Shown piece by piece: positions 11,070 through 22,108 of a DNA stretch of 64,000 bases. The stretch comes from an uncultured delta proteobacterium (GTDB taxonomy: Bacteria > Desulfobacterota > Desulfobacteria > Desulfobacterales > Desulfosalsimonadaceae): assembly GCA_963826785.1 (NCBI GenBank), contig CAWGYD010000010.1:160001-224000 (forward strand). The letters are read 5' to 3'. The translations under genes and the position numbers were made by a program. Within the stretch, counting starts at the first letter, position 1; each line of letters begins with the position of its first letter. The notes under the pieces are model-generated. The model did not search any database. It was given only the letters and a program-made list of their open reading frames with translations, and had not been told where the DNA came from.

Positions 11070-12934
11070 CGGGCATCCAGATCATCGATTTCTGCAAGCT
11101 GCCGGTCGAATTTTGCCTGTTTTTCGGAAAGCTGCCCGCTTGCCTGCTCCAGCCGGGAAAAGAGCGCATCGATTTTGGACTGGCAGCCGTGAATGGACTG
11201 GGCCAGTTCGCTGATGCGGGGTCCGTCCTGCTGTTCGGCGGCAGCCTGCATCTCGTGCTGCAGGCGGTTCAACTCGCGGTCCAGATCATCGATCTGGCTT
11301 TCCAGCCGCTCGGTCTCCTGTTGAAGCGGTTTTAACATCCGGCTCCTTTCGGCGACCAGGGCGGACCGGCGGCGTTTGAGTTCCTTCTTGTTTATTTGAA
11401 GATCGGGGACGTCCGCCAGGGGGGGCTGCCGGCCGGCGCTGATCCGATCTTCGCCCTCCCATCCCCGGACTTCCAGAAATCTCTGGTAGTCGCCTTCAAA
11501 TACCTCGATTCCATCTTTCTGAAAGATGATGAGGCGCTCGGCCAGTGCGTGGAGAAACATCTCATTATGCGTGACCATGATCACCGCCCCCGGAAACTGG
11601 TCGATGGCGGCCAGCATGGCATCGCACGATTCCATGTCGAAATGGTTGGTGGGCTCATCGAGCAGCAAAAGGTTGACCGGCGTGCCCAGAATCTTTCCCA
11701 GCATGACCCGGCTCTTTTCTCCGCCGGAGAGCACCCCGATTTTCTTGAGTGCCGCATCTCCTTCAAACAGCATGGCCCCGCAGATGTTTCTTGCATTCTG
11801 ATAATCGATATCCGGGTTTGAATAGCGGATCTCCTCCTCCACTGTGCGTGAATCCACCAGCGATTTCACATTGGTCTGCTCGAAATACCCGACGGTGGCT
11901 TCCGGATGCCACGATATCTCCCCTTTTCGAAGCGGCAGGTTTCCGGCGATCAGCTTCAGCAATGTGGTTTTCCCGGCACCGTTTCGCCCAATCACGCAGA
12001 TGCGGTCATTGGGGGCCACCGTGATGGAAAAATCAGAGATCAGCGGCCGATGATCTTCAAATCCGAAATGCAGGTGTTTGGCACCCAGCATATATTTGCC
12101 GTTGAACGGCTTGTAACGAAATGAAAAATCAAGCGATCTGAACTTGTCCAGCTTTTCCCTGCGGCCCAGTTTGTTCAAGGTCTTGATGCGGGATTGAACC
12201 ATGCCCGCCAGGCGCGCTTTGGCCCGGAACCGGGAGATGAATTCCTCGATTTCCTTCTTTCGCTTTTCTTCATTGACCCGCGTCTTTTCATGGATTTCCT
12301 CATCCTGGGCGATCTGCATGTAATACTTTTCCGTATTTCCGGCGATCTTCCGGGTCTTGCGGCGGTAAAGCCCCACCACATGGGTGACCAGCCGGTCCAT
12401 GAAGCTGCGGTTATGCGTGATCAGAAACAGTTCCCGGGGCCAGGCGGATAAAAAATTCTGAATCCACCGGATGGAAGTAATGTCCAGGTAATTGGTGGGT
12501 TCATCGAGCAGCAAAAGGTCGGGCTCGGACAGCAGGACCTTGGCCAGATTCAACCGGACCTGGTACCCGCCGGAAATGGACAGGGGCGATCCATTCATAT
12601 CGGTCTCGGAAAACCCAAGGCCTGAAAGGATCTTTTCCACCTTCCAGGAATGGGAAGCACTGTCCGGGGGAAGTCCTTTCATCCCCTCTTCCAGCACAGT
12701 GGGCGCGGTAAAATCGATTTCCTGGCGCACATACCCGATCCGGTAGTTTTTGGGCATGGAAATGGCGCCGGAATCCGGCTCGGCCAGCCCCGCGATCATC
12801 TTGAACAGCGTGGTTTTGCCGTGCCCGTTTCGGCCCACCAGGCCGACGCGTTCCTTGCGGTTGATCTTGAAACTCACGTTTTCAAACAGTATTTGATTCC
12901 CAAAGCTCTTGGAGAGGTTGTCGGCACTGATCAT
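11066..12934 (-). CDS. ABC-F family ATP-binding protein (Uup-like)
   Basis: Two ABC cassettes (GRNGHGKTT, GRNGAGKTT, LSGGEK, LLDEPTN twice), no TM segments, C-terminal coiled coil. Confidence 0.93.
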   Translation of the reverse strand: MISADNLSKSFGNQILFENVSFKINRKERVGLVGRNGHGKTTLFKMIAGLAEPDSGAISMPKNYRIGYVRQEIDFTAPTVLEEGMKGLPPDSASHSWKVEKILSGLGFSETDMNGSPLSISGGYQVRLNLAKVLLSEPDLLLLDEPTNYLDITSIRWIQNFLSAWPRELFLITHNRSFMDRLVTHVVGLYRRKTRKIAGNTEKYYMQIAQDEEIHEKTRVNEEKRKKEIEEFISRFRAKARLAGMVQSRIKTLNKLGRREKLDKFRSLDFSFRYKPFNGKYMLGAKHLHFGFEDHRPLISDFSITVAPNDRICVIGRNGAGKTTLLKLIAGNLPLRKGEISWHPEATVGYFEQTNVKSLVDSRTVEEEIRYSNPDIDYQNARNICGAMLFEGDAALKKIGVLSGGEKSRVMLGKILGTPVNLLLLDEPTNHFDMESCDAMLAAIDQFPGAVIMVTHNEMFLHALAERLIIFQKDGIEVFEGDYQRFLEVRGWEGEDRISAGRQPPLADVPDLQINKKELKRRRSALVAERSRMLKPLQQETERLESQIDDLDRELNRLQHEMQAAAEQQDGPRISELAQSIHGCQSKIDALFSRLEQASGQLSEKQAKFDRQLAEIDDLDAR

Positions 12935-12984
12935 GGATTTTTCAATCTTGTGGGGTTACATACCGGAAAGCAACGGTAAACAAA

Positions 12985-14388
12985 TCAATCAAAGGATTTT
13001 TCGATGGACAGCTTGCTGCAGCGGTAGCGCAGGGAACGCAGGGTGATGCCCAGAAGTTCGGCGGCCCGGTGTTTGTTGCCGCCCGAGGATTCCAGCGCTT
13101 TTTCGATATAGGCCCTTTCGATCTCTTCGATGATGGTGTCTAAAGAAACCCCCTGGGCGACATCCTCCAGATCGAAACGCCGTTCGGGAATGCCTTCGAT
13201 CCAGCGGCGCTTGTGCATGGAAAGGGACAGGCTGTCCGGAAGGATGATGTTGGTGGTGGAAAGGGCAACGCTGCGCTCGATGAGATTTTCGAGTTCCCGG
13301 ATATTTCCGGGAAAATCATATTTCTGGAGCAGGTCCACCGCATAGGAGGAGATCTTGGTGATCTCTTTTTCCGCCTCCCGGGAATACTTGTCCAGAAAGT
13401 ACTGGGCCAGGGCCTTGATATCGCCCTTGCGGTCTCTGAGCGGCGGCACTTTTATTTCCACCACATTGATGCGGTAGAACAGGTCTTCCCGGAAGCGGCC
13501 GGCGATGACCTCCTCTTCCAGTTTCTTGTTGGTGGCCGCCAGAATGCGGATATCGACAAAAATATCCTCATTGCTGCCGACCGGTTTGAAAGCCCGCTCC
13601 TGAACCACCCGCAGCAGTTTGACCTGCATCGGCCCACTGAGTTCGCCGATTTCATCGAGAAAGACGGTCCCCGTATGCGCGGAATCGAGCAACCCTTTGC
13701 GGTCCTGGTTGGCGCCGGTAAAAGCCCCCCGCCGATGGCCGAAAAACTCGCTCTCCATGAGCATTTCAGGTATAGAGCCGCAATTGACCACCACAAAAGG
13801 CTTATCGCTTCGGCTGCTCTTCTGGTGGATGGCCCGGGCAATGAGTTCTTTTCCGGTTCCGCTTTCTCCGGTGATCAGCACATTGGTCCGGGTTTTGGCC
13901 ACCTGCTCGACGATATCGTAGATGTATTCCATGCGAGGGCTGTTGCCCACCAGCAGCCCGAAATGGAGGTTCTTGCGGGTCTCGTCATCCAGGCTTCTTT
14001 TCTCATCGGACAGGGTCCGCAGATTGAGGGCTTTTGCGATGGTCTGCTTGAGTTCCCCGGTGTCGAAGGGTTTGGGAAGATAATCGAAGGCGCCCTCATT
14101 CATGGCTTCCACCGCATTTTCAGCCGTGGCATACGCGGAGATCATGATCACGATGGCCTGGGGCCGGATCATCTTGGCCTTGCGCAGCACGTCCAGTCCG
14201 CTGATATCTCCTAAGCGGATATCGCAAAGGATCAGGTCATAGGCCGCATCTTCCAGCAGGGCCACGGCCTTCCGGCCGTTTTCGGCGCATGAGACGGCAT
14301 ATCCGGCCTTTGAAAGCAGCAGTTCCAGAAACTCCCGCATACTGAGTTCGTCATCGACTACCAGGATATGCGGACGTGCTTCATTCAT
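12985..14388 (-). CDS. Sigma-54-dependent response regulator (NtrC/PilR-like)
   Basis: Receiver domain (VVDDE), GESGTGKE, GAFTGA, FPGNIREL and a Fis-type HTH. Confidence 0.93.
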   Translation of the reverse strand: MNEARPHILVVDDELSMREFLELLLSKAGYAVSCAENGRKAVALLEDAAYDLILCDIRLGDISGLDVLRKAKMIRPQAIVIMISAYATAENAVEAMNEGAFDYLPKPFDTGELKQTIAKALNLRTLSDEKRSLDDETRKNLHFGLLVGNSPRMEYIYDIVEQVAKTRTNVLITGESGTGKELIARAIHQKSSRSDKPFVVVNCGSIPEMLMESEFFGHRRGAFTGANQDRKGLLDSAHTGTVFLDEIGELSGPMQVKLLRVVQERAFKPVGSNEDIFVDIRILAATNKKLEEEVIAGRFREDLFYRINVVEIKVPPLRDRKGDIKALAQYFLDKYSREAEKEITKISSYAVDLLQKYDFPGNIRELENLIERSVALSTTNIILPDSLSLSMHKRRWIEGIPERRFDLEDVAQGVSLDTIIEEIERAYIEKALESSGGNKHRAAELLGITLRSLRYRCSKLSIEKSFD

Positions 14389-14408
14389 AGGGGCATGTCA
14401 TGATCAGT

Positions 14409-15677
14409 TCAAGCTTCATAAACGATTTTGCCATCCACGATGGTGCATACGGCCCGCCCGGTAAATTCCCACCCGTCAAAAGGGGTATTGCGGCTTCGGG
14501 AGAGCCCCCTGGCGGCATCATAAATCCAGGTGCGTTCCGGATGGATGATGGTCAGGTGGGCCTCGGCTCCGGCGGCGATCGTACGGGGTATTCCCAGGAT
14601 CTGCGCCGGACGCGTAGCCATGGCATCGATGAGCCGGTCAAGAGAGATAATGTTGTTTCGGACCAGGTTCAATCCCAGCCCCAGAGCGGTTTCCAGGCCG
14701 ATGATGCCGTTTGCCGCCGCATCGAATTCCAGGTCCTTTTCCAGCATGGAATGGGGCGCATGATCCGTGGCGATGATGTCGATCGTTTTGTCGGCAAGGC
14801 CGGCACGGACCGACTCACGGTCTTGTTCGGTGCGCAGCGGCGGATTCATTTTGGCATGGGTGTTATACCCGATCACCGCTTCATCGGTAAGTGTCAGGTA
14901 ATGGGGTGCGGTTTCGGCGGTGACAGCGATCCCCTTTTCCCGGGCGGTGCGGATGGCATCCACCGATTGGCGGGTGCTGACGTGTGCGATATGGACGGGC
15001 GATCCGGTCAATTCAGCAAGAAGGATGTCTCTTTGCACCATCACCGCTTCTGCGGCATTGGGAATTCCGGAAAGTCCCAGGCGGGTGGCCACCGTGCCTT
15101 CATTCATGACCCCGTCAGACAAGAAGCGCTCCTCGCAATGCGAGATCACCGGCAGCCCGACGCCATAAGCGTACTCCATGGCCCGGCGCATGAGCTGGGC
15201 ATCTGAAACCGGGTGCCCGTCGTCGGATATGGCAATGGCACCGGCGTCTTTGAGATCCCCGTACTCGCACAGGTCGGTTCCCTTCAGTCCGGTGCTGATG
15301 GCCGCCACCGGGTACACCTTGACGGAATCCAGCCGCCTGGCGGTGTCGATGATATATTCGGTCACCTGACGGTTGTCATTGACCGGACGGGTGTTGGGCA
15401 TGCAGCAGATGGCGGTGAACCCGCCGGCTGCGGCCGCCAAAACACCGGTGGCAATGGTTTCCTTGTACTCCTCGCCGGGTTCGCGAAGATGCACGTGCAT
15501 ATCGATAAGACCCGGCACGACATAACATCCAGACGCATCGACAATGATGCTGTCTTCGGGATCGCTCGGCGTGCGATTATCCACCCTGCTGATGCGGCCA
15601 TTTTCAATTTCAATATCCATGATGCCGTCAAGACGGCCCGGATCGATGACGCGGCCGCCTTTAATCCATATCCGCAC
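14409..15677 (-). CDS. pyrC: Dihydroorotase
   Basis: [25 protein letters not shown] and ATDHAPH; probable GTG start at 15677 overlapping pyrB. Confidence 0.95.
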   Translation of the reverse strand: MRIWIKGGRVIDPGRLDGIMDIEIENGRISRVDNRTPSDPEDSIIVDASGCYVVPGLIDMHVHLREPGEEYKETIATGVLAAAAGGFTAICCMPNTRPVNDNRQVTEYIIDTARRLDSVKVYPVAAISTGLKGTDLCEYGDLKDAGAIAISDDGHPVSDAQLMRRAMEYAYGVGLPVISHCEERFLSDGVMNEGTVATRLGLSGIPNAAEAVMVQRDILLAELTGSPVHIAHVSTRQSVDAIRTAREKGIAVTAETAPHYLTLTDEAVIGYNTHAKMNPPLRTEQDRESVRAGLADKTIDIIATDHAPHSMLEKDLEFDAAANGIIGLETALGLGLNLVRNNIISLDRLIDAMATRPAQILGIPRTIAAGAEAHLTIIHPERTWIYDAARGLSRSRNTPFDGWEFTGRAVCTIVDGKIVYEA

Positions 15678-16599
15678 TGCGCAATCCTCCTGCAAGCAAA
15701 TACAACAGCGACATGCGCACGGCGACGCCGTTGGTCACCTGGTCGAGTATGACCGACCGGGAGCCGTCGGCGATCTCCGGGGGCAGTTCAACGCCCCGGT
15801 TCACCGGACCGGGATGCATGACCAGCACATCCGGTTTGGCCCGGGCCAGCCGGGCGGCACTGAGGCCAAAGCGGCGGGCATACTCCCGCTCGGACGGAAA
15901 AAGGTAATTCTGCTGCCGTTCTTTTTGAATCCGCAGCATGATGATCACATCGGCATCTTTGACGGCCGCATCCATGTCGGGGGCAACCTCCGCGCCGAGG
16001 GTTTCGATCCCCATGGGGATCATGGTGGGCGGCCCTGCCAGGCGTACATGGGCCCCCATACGGGTGAATCCGGTCACATCGGAGCGGGCGACCCGGCTGC
16101 GGGCGATATCGCCCACGATGGCGATTTTGAGATTCGAAAAAGACCCTTTTTTTTCACGGACGGTCATCATGTCCAGAAGCGCCTGGGTGGGATGGGCGTG
16201 CATGCCGTCACCTGCGTTGATCACAGAGGCGGACAGCCGGTCGGCCAGAAGGTGCGGCGCCCCGGCCGCCGCGTGGCGGATGACCAGGATGTCCGGTTTC
16301 ATGGCCTCGATATTCTTTGCCGTATCGATCAGGGTCTCGCCCTTGACCATGGAACTGGTGGAGGCGGATATGGAAATGGAATCCGCGGACAGGCGCTTGG
16401 CGGCCATATCGAAGGATATGCGGGTCCGGGTGCTGGGTTCATGGAAAAACAGGACCACGGTTTTTCCCCTCAGCGTGGGCACCTTCTTGATGGGCCGGCC
16501 GAGGATTTCCTTCAAGCTGTCGGCGGTGTCTAAAATGGTGGCAATTTCCTCGACCGAGAGCGATTCCATGTCCAGAATGTCTTTTTTGGACCACGCCAT
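15661..16599 (-). CDS. pyrB: Aspartate carbamoyltransferase catalytic subunit
   Basis: [26 protein letters not shown] and MHPGPVNRG. Confidence 0.97.
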   Translation of the reverse strand: MAWSKKDILDMESLSVEEIATILDTADSLKEILGRPIKKVPTLRGKTVVLFFHEPSTRTRISFDMAAKRLSADSISISASTSSMVKGETLIDTAKNIEAMKPDILVIRHAAAGAPHLLADRLSASVINAGDGMHAHPTQALLDMMTVREKKGSFSNLKIAIVGDIARSRVARSDVTGFTRMGAHVRLAGPPTMIPMGIETLGAEVAPDMDAAVKDADVIIMLRIQKERQQNYLFPSEREYARRFGLSAARLARAKPDVLVMHPGPVNRGVELPPEIADGSRSVILDQVTNGVAVRMSLLYLLAGGLRSADMD

Positions 16600-16614
16600 G
16601 CGCTGTATCCGAAT

Positions 16615-17256
16615 CTATTTAAGCAGTGAACCGATACGCCCCCACCGGACATCGAAATCCTGCCGGTCCCAGGACCAGTAGATGATAAAGGCTTTTCCCT
16701 TGACGGCATCCTGGCCAACAAATCCCCAGAACCGGCTGTCATAGCTGTTGTCCCGGTTGTCACCCATGACGAAATAGGAATCCGGCGGCACCGTGACCGG
16801 CCCGAAATTGTCCCGGGGTGAGGAACTGCCCGGCAGGACGCGCGATTCCGTGTGCACGCCGAAATCGTGATTGAGCGGTTGATGGTTTACAAAGACCTTT
16901 TTGTCCCGGACTTCCACCACATCGCCCGGCGTTCCGATGACCCGTTTGATAAAATCTTTATCCGGATCTTCGGGATATTCAAACACGATGATATCTCCCT
17001 GATGCGGATCACCTATGGGAATGAGTGTTTTTCCCGTATAGGGCAGTTTCACCCCGTATATGAATTTATTGACCAGGATATGATCGCCGATCTGCAAAGT
17101 CGGCTGCATGGAGCCGGAAGGAATCTTAAATGCCTGCACCACAAATGTGCGGATGAACAGGGCAAGCACAATTGCGATGAGTATGGCTTCCACATTTTCC
17201 CGGAGTTTGGATTTGGGCCGGGACTTGTCCGCATCGGCATGTTTTATTTTGTTCAA
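16615..17256 (-). CDS. lepB: Signal peptidase I
   Basis: N-terminal TM helix, IPSGSMQPTL, FIKRVIG and GDNRDNSYDSRFWG. Confidence 0.96.
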   Translation of the reverse strand: MNKIKHADADKSRPKSKLRENVEAILIAIVLALFIRTFVVQAFKIPSGSMQPTLQIGDHILVNKFIYGVKLPYTGKTLIPIGDPHQGDIIVFEYPEDPDKDFIKRVIGTPGDVVEVRDKKVFVNHQPLNHDFGVHTESRVLPGSSSPRDNFGPVTVPPDSYFVMGDNRDNSYDSRFWGFVGQDAVKGKAFIIYWSWDRQDFDVRWGRIGSLLK

Positions 17257-17272
17257 GTGAATTCAGTCCTTT

Positions 17273-18442
17273 TTATTTGGCCGGAAGTGTAAACTGGGGC
17301 TCTCCCAGCTGAAAGCGTCCGGCTTTGATCCAATCTTTTAAGATATCGGCAATTTCTCTTGCCTTCACCATGCTGGAAAGCGGCACGGTGGGAATCTCAT
17401 TGCCGTTGAACACGATGCTTCCGCTCTTTAACTGGGCGTAGCTGACGTATCCGTAATTTTTGCTGATGCCATTGGGGTAATCATGTCCGTAATCCACGAT
17501 CTGAGTCATGATCTGATCGTCGGATACAGCGGCATATCGCGCGATGTCCTCATTGAGCAGCGGAATGGGCACACCGATGCCCACGGCCAGTGACACCCCG
17601 TAACCCTGAAGGCTGACCCCAACCAGCCACCCCGGCTTCATCTGTTTCAGATCACCCATTACCCACAGGGTGCCCGAGGGGGTCAGGGGGATGCCGTTTT
17701 CCGCCCGGGGGGCCGCTGGATTGTGCTGTGTACCGTGCCAGACGACGTATCCTTCCCCCCCGCCCAGGAATATGCGCGTTCCCAGGCCGATGGTTTTATA
17801 ATAAGGATCTTTAAACAGCGGACTCAACTGCCCCGAGGTGGAATAATTGGCGTTTCCGGCCTTGGGGCGCAGCGTCCCCATATAGGTGTAAATCGTCTTG
17901 TTGCTTGAATTAATGGCGCAGTTATAATTCTGATATCCATTTCTCGGATTGCACAGGGTCGCCTGGGGCAGGGACTTTAAGTTGATTTCCTTTTCAATCT
18001 CCCGGTTGGGATAGCAGGAGGTGCCGTATCCTTTGGCCCTCAGGTGAACCGTCTGACCGGATACCAGGTCCTGAATGACATGTCCGCCGCCGTAGGTGAA
18101 TTCTCCCGGCCAGACCTTGTTCAGCGGGTCCTCCTCGCAGGTCTCGGTGGCGCCGAGATAGCAGTCCACCGCCGCCAGGCCCGCATAGGCGGGGACGTTG
18201 TTGAGCCATACCTTGGAGGCCTTGATGGTGGGGACGCTCTGTCCGAAGTTAATGAAGGCACCGGACGAACACATGGGGGCAAAGGTCGCCGTGGTCACCA
18301 CGTCGATGTTTCGCGCGGCTTCCACCGGGCCTTGCTCACGTACGATGTCGATGATCTCTTCGCCGGTGACCACCACCACGTCACCGGATCGGATCTTTTC
18401 ATTGATTTGCGCGTAGGTCTTATTGATTTTAAATTTCGGCAT
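17273..18442 (-). CDS. DUF39 family homocysteine biosynthesis protein (aspartate-semialdehyde sulfurtransferase, MA1821-like), no CBS domains
   Basis: KTYAQINEKI, DVVTTATFAPMCSSGA, YGGGHVIQDLV, NPRNGYQNY and GQLSPL are characteristic of the family. Confidence 0.85.
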   Translation of the reverse strand: MPKFKINKTYAQINEKIRSGDVVVVTGEEIIDIVREQGPVEAARNIDVVTTATFAPMCSSGAFINFGQSVPTIKASKVWLNNVPAYAGLAAVDCYLGATETCEEDPLNKVWPGEFTYGGGHVIQDLVSGQTVHLRAKGYGTSCYPNREIEKEINLKSLPQATLCNPRNGYQNYNCAINSSNKTIYTYMGTLRPKAGNANYSTSGQLSPLFKDPYYKTIGLGTRIFLGGGEGYVVWHGTQHNPAAPRAENGIPLTPSGTLWVMGDLKQMKPGWLVGVSLQGYGVSLAVGIGVPIPLLNEDIARYAAVSDDQIMTQIVDYGHDYPNGISKNYGYVSYAQLKSGSIVFNGNEIPTVPLSSMVKAREIADILKDWIKAGRFQLGEPQFTLPAK

Positions 18443-18483
18443 ATGATGAATGCTCCTGGCATCCGCCCGTTTTCACAAGCATA

Positions 18484-19864
18484 TTATTGCACAAGGTCTG
18501 CCTGAACGGCCTCAATTTTTCCGGTGACATTATTCTTGATCCACTGGTCATCCCACCATTCCAGGGGATTGACAAAGACATGATCCACAAACATTCCGAA
18601 ATGCAGGTGGTCGCCGCCGGCAAGCCCCGTGCTTCCGCTCAGTCCGATCACCTCTCCTTTTTCCACCATCTGTTGAGGCTTCACCTTGATCTGGCTCATA
18701 TGTCCGTAGATGCTGAACAGTCCGTATCCATGATCGATGCAGACCAGGTTGCCGTATATGCCCACCGGCCCGGCAAATACGACTTTGCCGCGATTGGCGG
18801 CCGGAATTTCGGCATGTTCCAGTGAGGCCAGGTCGACGCCCAGATGGACCGCCCGGTCAATAATCTCGTCGTTGTACCGGTATTGCCGCTGATCTGCGAA
18901 ACCGGCCCGGGTCGCGGAATTGGGCAATCGCAAAAATTCGCCTTTCCAAAAGAGCACCGAATCGGTTTTCCGACCGTTTCCCAAAATGATCTCATTGTTT
19001 CTCCGGCGCAGTTCCTGATTGATAAACAAAAACTGGTCCACTGGCGAAGCGGATCGGGGAAGCCCCTCGACGGCGTAAAATTCCGGCAGAATTGAGGAGA
19101 TGAAACTGTCGGATATGGAAATGATATCCGTCTTGAAGCTTTTTTTCCGGATGTGATGATAAAATCCCGCTCTTGCCGAGTTACCGGCGGCATCGAGGGC
19201 TCTAATGTATAGTTCGGTGCCGGGCCCCTGGTCCGTTTTCAGGGCGAAGAAGGCCATATAAATTTCAGGATCGGTGAAATGGCCGCTGTATCCGGGAAAG
19301 AATTGAGTTCCCACGACCACCCCGCTGGTGCTGCAGGGCTCGGAAAGCCGATAGATGACCAGCCCCGCGCCTCCCGGCGTGAGATTGTGCGCAGTGGACA
19401 AGACATTGACCCCGGGCGGCTTGGAATCAAATGTGATCTCTTTTTCGACATAGGCGTGGTTTCCTTTCCACCAGTGCCGCCAGGAATGGTCCCATGCCGC
19501 GATTCTAAGTTGCCCGGTGCCGTCTGAAATTCCCAGTTGCGCGGATATTGAGTGAAATTTTAAAGGGGACCGCGCCTGCCTTGGGGCGGGAGGTGAAATT
19601 CTTTTCGAGTAAAACAGTTTCTTTGCCATCTTTCAACAGGCCGATCCACAGCTTGGACAGGCCGCTCTGGGAATCGGATACCTGACCGTTGATTTCCGAT
19701 TGCGCCGGCAGAACAAAAGATTTCAGTTCCATGGAAATCTTGGGGGGGGTTCCCTCCAGCCGGGTCAGCATCAGCCACCCCCCGACGGTAATAATAAGAA
19801 TGCCGATGAATATCAGCAGCGCTTTTTTATATGTCCCCCTCCGGTCTTTTTGCTTGAACGTCAT
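18484..19864 (-). pseudogene. M23 family metallopeptidase, frameshifted (or sequencing error)
   Basis: N-terminal ORF 19505-19864 (TM anchor) and C-terminal ORF ending at 18484 (HLGVD, YGHMS, GDHLHF) overlap in adjacent frames. Removing one base near 19540-19550 gives about 459 aa. Confidence 0.85.
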
Positions 19865-20105
19865 TCATACCCTTTCCGGTGGTGCATTCTGGTCAAAAAA
19901 ATTAACATTAATTAGCAGGAACAGCACTTGTTGGCAAGGTCTTATTTTCGTATCTTGACTTTTGGAGGTGCGCAGGGTAACAGTCGAATGCACTTGGCCG
20001 GCGCCGCTGTCATTGCTGTGGGTGCCCTTATGTACAGATGATATTCAATGCGGTGATTGAATAGCGGATGTACAATGCACTAACGATATTAACGATGGAA
20101 GACCA

Positions 20106-20942
20106 ATGACATTTCCAGTCAACATCGAAGAGATTGCGGTGGGGCGCCCCGCCCCTTTTTTGCTGATCGCCGGCCCCTGTGTCATCGAAGATGCCGAAAG
20201 CTGCCGTGCAATTGCCTCCTTTTTGAAAGAGATTACCGATAAACTGGGTATTCCCTTCATTTTCAAGGCCTCCTATGACAAGGCCAACCGGACCAGTATC
20301 GATTCATTCCGGGGCCCGGGCCTGGAGAAAGGGCTCGATATTCTCTCCGGCATCCGCAGGGATTTCGGCGTGAAGGTGTTATCCGATGTCCATCAGGTGC
20401 GTGAAATCGAAGCCGCCGGAAAAGTGCTCGATGTGCTTCAGATACCCGCCTTTTTATGCCGGCAGACCGACCTGCTGGTGGCTGCGGCGCAGACCGGCAA
20501 GCCGGTCAACATCAAGAAAGGACAGTTTCTCGCGCCTGCGGATATGACCCATGTGGTCAACAAAGTGGTCGCCTCCGGCAACCGGCGGATTCTGCTGACC
20601 GAACGCGGCGCCATGTTCGGATATAACAACCTGGTGACCGATTTCAGGAGCATCCGCATTATGCAGGAAACGGGTTTTCCGGTCATTTTCGATGCCACCC
20701 ACAGCGTTCAACTGCCGGGCGGCTCAGGCGCATCAAGCGGAGGACAGCGTGAATTCGCCCCCGTTCTCGCCCGTGCCGCCATCGCCGCCGGTGCAGACGG
20801 CATTTTCATGGAAGTCCATCCGGACCCGGACAAAGCCTTATCCGATGGCCCCAATGCCCTGCCCCTGGATCGGGTCGCGCCCCTGCTGACCGGGTTGAAG
20901 GCCATTCAAGAGGCGATAGACGGCCCGGCACGAAACAAATGA
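20106..20942 (+). CDS. kdsA: KDO 8-phosphate synthase
   Basis: [31 protein letters not shown] and [10 protein letters not shown]. Confidence 0.97.
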   Translation: MTFPVNIEEIAVGRPAPFLLIAGPCVIEDAESCRAIASFLKEITDKLGIPFIFKASYDKANRTSIDSFRGPGLEKGLDILSGIRRDFGVKVLSDVHQVREIEAAGKVLDVLQIPAFLCRQTDLLVAAAQTGKPVNIKKGQFLAPADMTHVVNKVVASGNRRILLTERGAMFGYNNLVTDFRSIRIMQETGFPVIFDATHSVQLPGGSGASSGGQREFAPVLARAAIAAGADGIFMEVHPDPDKALSDGPNALPLDRVAPLLTGLKAIQEAIDGPARNK

Positions 20943-21011
20943 ATCTTAATTTAACAAATTTGCTTTAAATCAGATCAATTAAGCATTATCATTTAAAGTA
21001 CAATATTTGCT

Positions 21012-21527
21012 TTGGAAGACAAACTACTCGAAAATATCGATTTGCTGCTTTTAGATGTTGACGGCGTTCTGACCCGCGGCGATATCAGCTACACGGATGA
21101 TCAGTCTGAGAGCAAGGTGTTCAATGTAAAGGACGGATTGGGCATCCGGTTGCTCATGCAGGCCGGCATTCCGGTGGCAATTGTTACGGGCCGGTCATCG
21201 AAAGCCCTTTATCGCCGCTGTGATGATTTGGGCATCACGCTGATACGCGATGGTGTGGCCCGGAAAGAGAGTATTCTTGATGACGTGGTGCAAGAAACGG
21301 GCATATCTCCCGATCGGATGGGGTTCATGGGGGATGATCTCCCCGATATCGGTCTGATGAAAAAAATCGGGGTGGGCATCGCCGTAGCCGATGCGCATCC
21401 ACTGGTAAAGCAATATGCCCGCCTGACCACCCGCTGCCGGGGCGGAGAGGGTGCTGTTCGTGAAATCTGCGAGGGGATTCTTACGGCAAAGAATCTATTG
21501 GCGGGTCTGGTTGCAATGTGGACATAA
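21012..21527 (+). CDS. kdsC: KDO 8-phosphate phosphatase (HAD family)
   Basis: LDVDGVLT, FNVKDGLGI, GDDLPD and GGEGAVRE. Confidence 0.93.
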   Translation: MEDKLLENIDLLLLDVDGVLTRGDISYTDDQSESKVFNVKDGLGIRLLMQAGIPVAIVTGRSSKALYRRCDDLGITLIRDGVARKESILDDVVQETGISPDRMGFMGDDLPDIGLMKKIGVGIAVADAHPLVKQYARLTTRCRGGEGAVREICEGILTAKNLLAGLVAMWT

Positions 21528-22108
21528 CCGGTTTTCTGGAAAATTTGCCGCGCAAATTCATCTTTCTCCTGATCGGGTTGCTGATCGGCCTGCTGGCAGT
21601 TGTGGGCTTTCTTCTGGTAAATCACCAGATGCATTCGGGAATCATCGATCAGGCGCTTACCCCGGCCGATCCCGAAGCCAGTCTGACCATCCGCCATTTT
21701 CAGCATAATGCGGTAAAGGAAGGCCGAAAGCAGTGGTCCCTTTCCGCTGCCGCAGCAAGCATGTATGCCAAACAGAATAAGGTCCGGCTGACCGAGATCA
21801 CCGCTGAATTCTATCTGGATGACGGACGGATCGTGACCCTGAATGCAGACGAGGGAGAGCTTGAGATCGATACCGATCATATCACCGCCACTGGACATGT
21901 AATGGTTAAAATGCCCGGATATTCACTGAAAAGCGAAAGCTTGCAATATATGTCCGAACCCAATATAATACGCTCAGACCAGCCGGTGACGGTTATTGCG
22001 CCATCGGGGCATCTGACGGCAGACACGATGACCTATCACCTGGATACGAAACTGTTAATCTGTGAAGGAGATGTAAAGGGCACCCTGCATGCGGCTGAAA
22101 AACCATAA
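21518..22108 (+). CDS. lptC: LPS export protein LptC
   Basis: N-terminal TM helix plus beta-rich domain; position between kdsC and lptA. Confidence 0.8.
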   Translation: MDITGFLENLPRKFIFLLIGLLIGLLAVVGFLLVNHQMHSGIIDQALTPADPEASLTIRHFQHNAVKEGRKQWSLSAAAASMYAKQNKVRLTEITAEFYLDDGRIVTLNADEGELEIDTDHITATGHVMVKMPGYSLKSESLQYMSEPNIIRSDQPVTVIAPSGHLTADTMTYHLDTKLLICEGDVKGTLHAAEKP

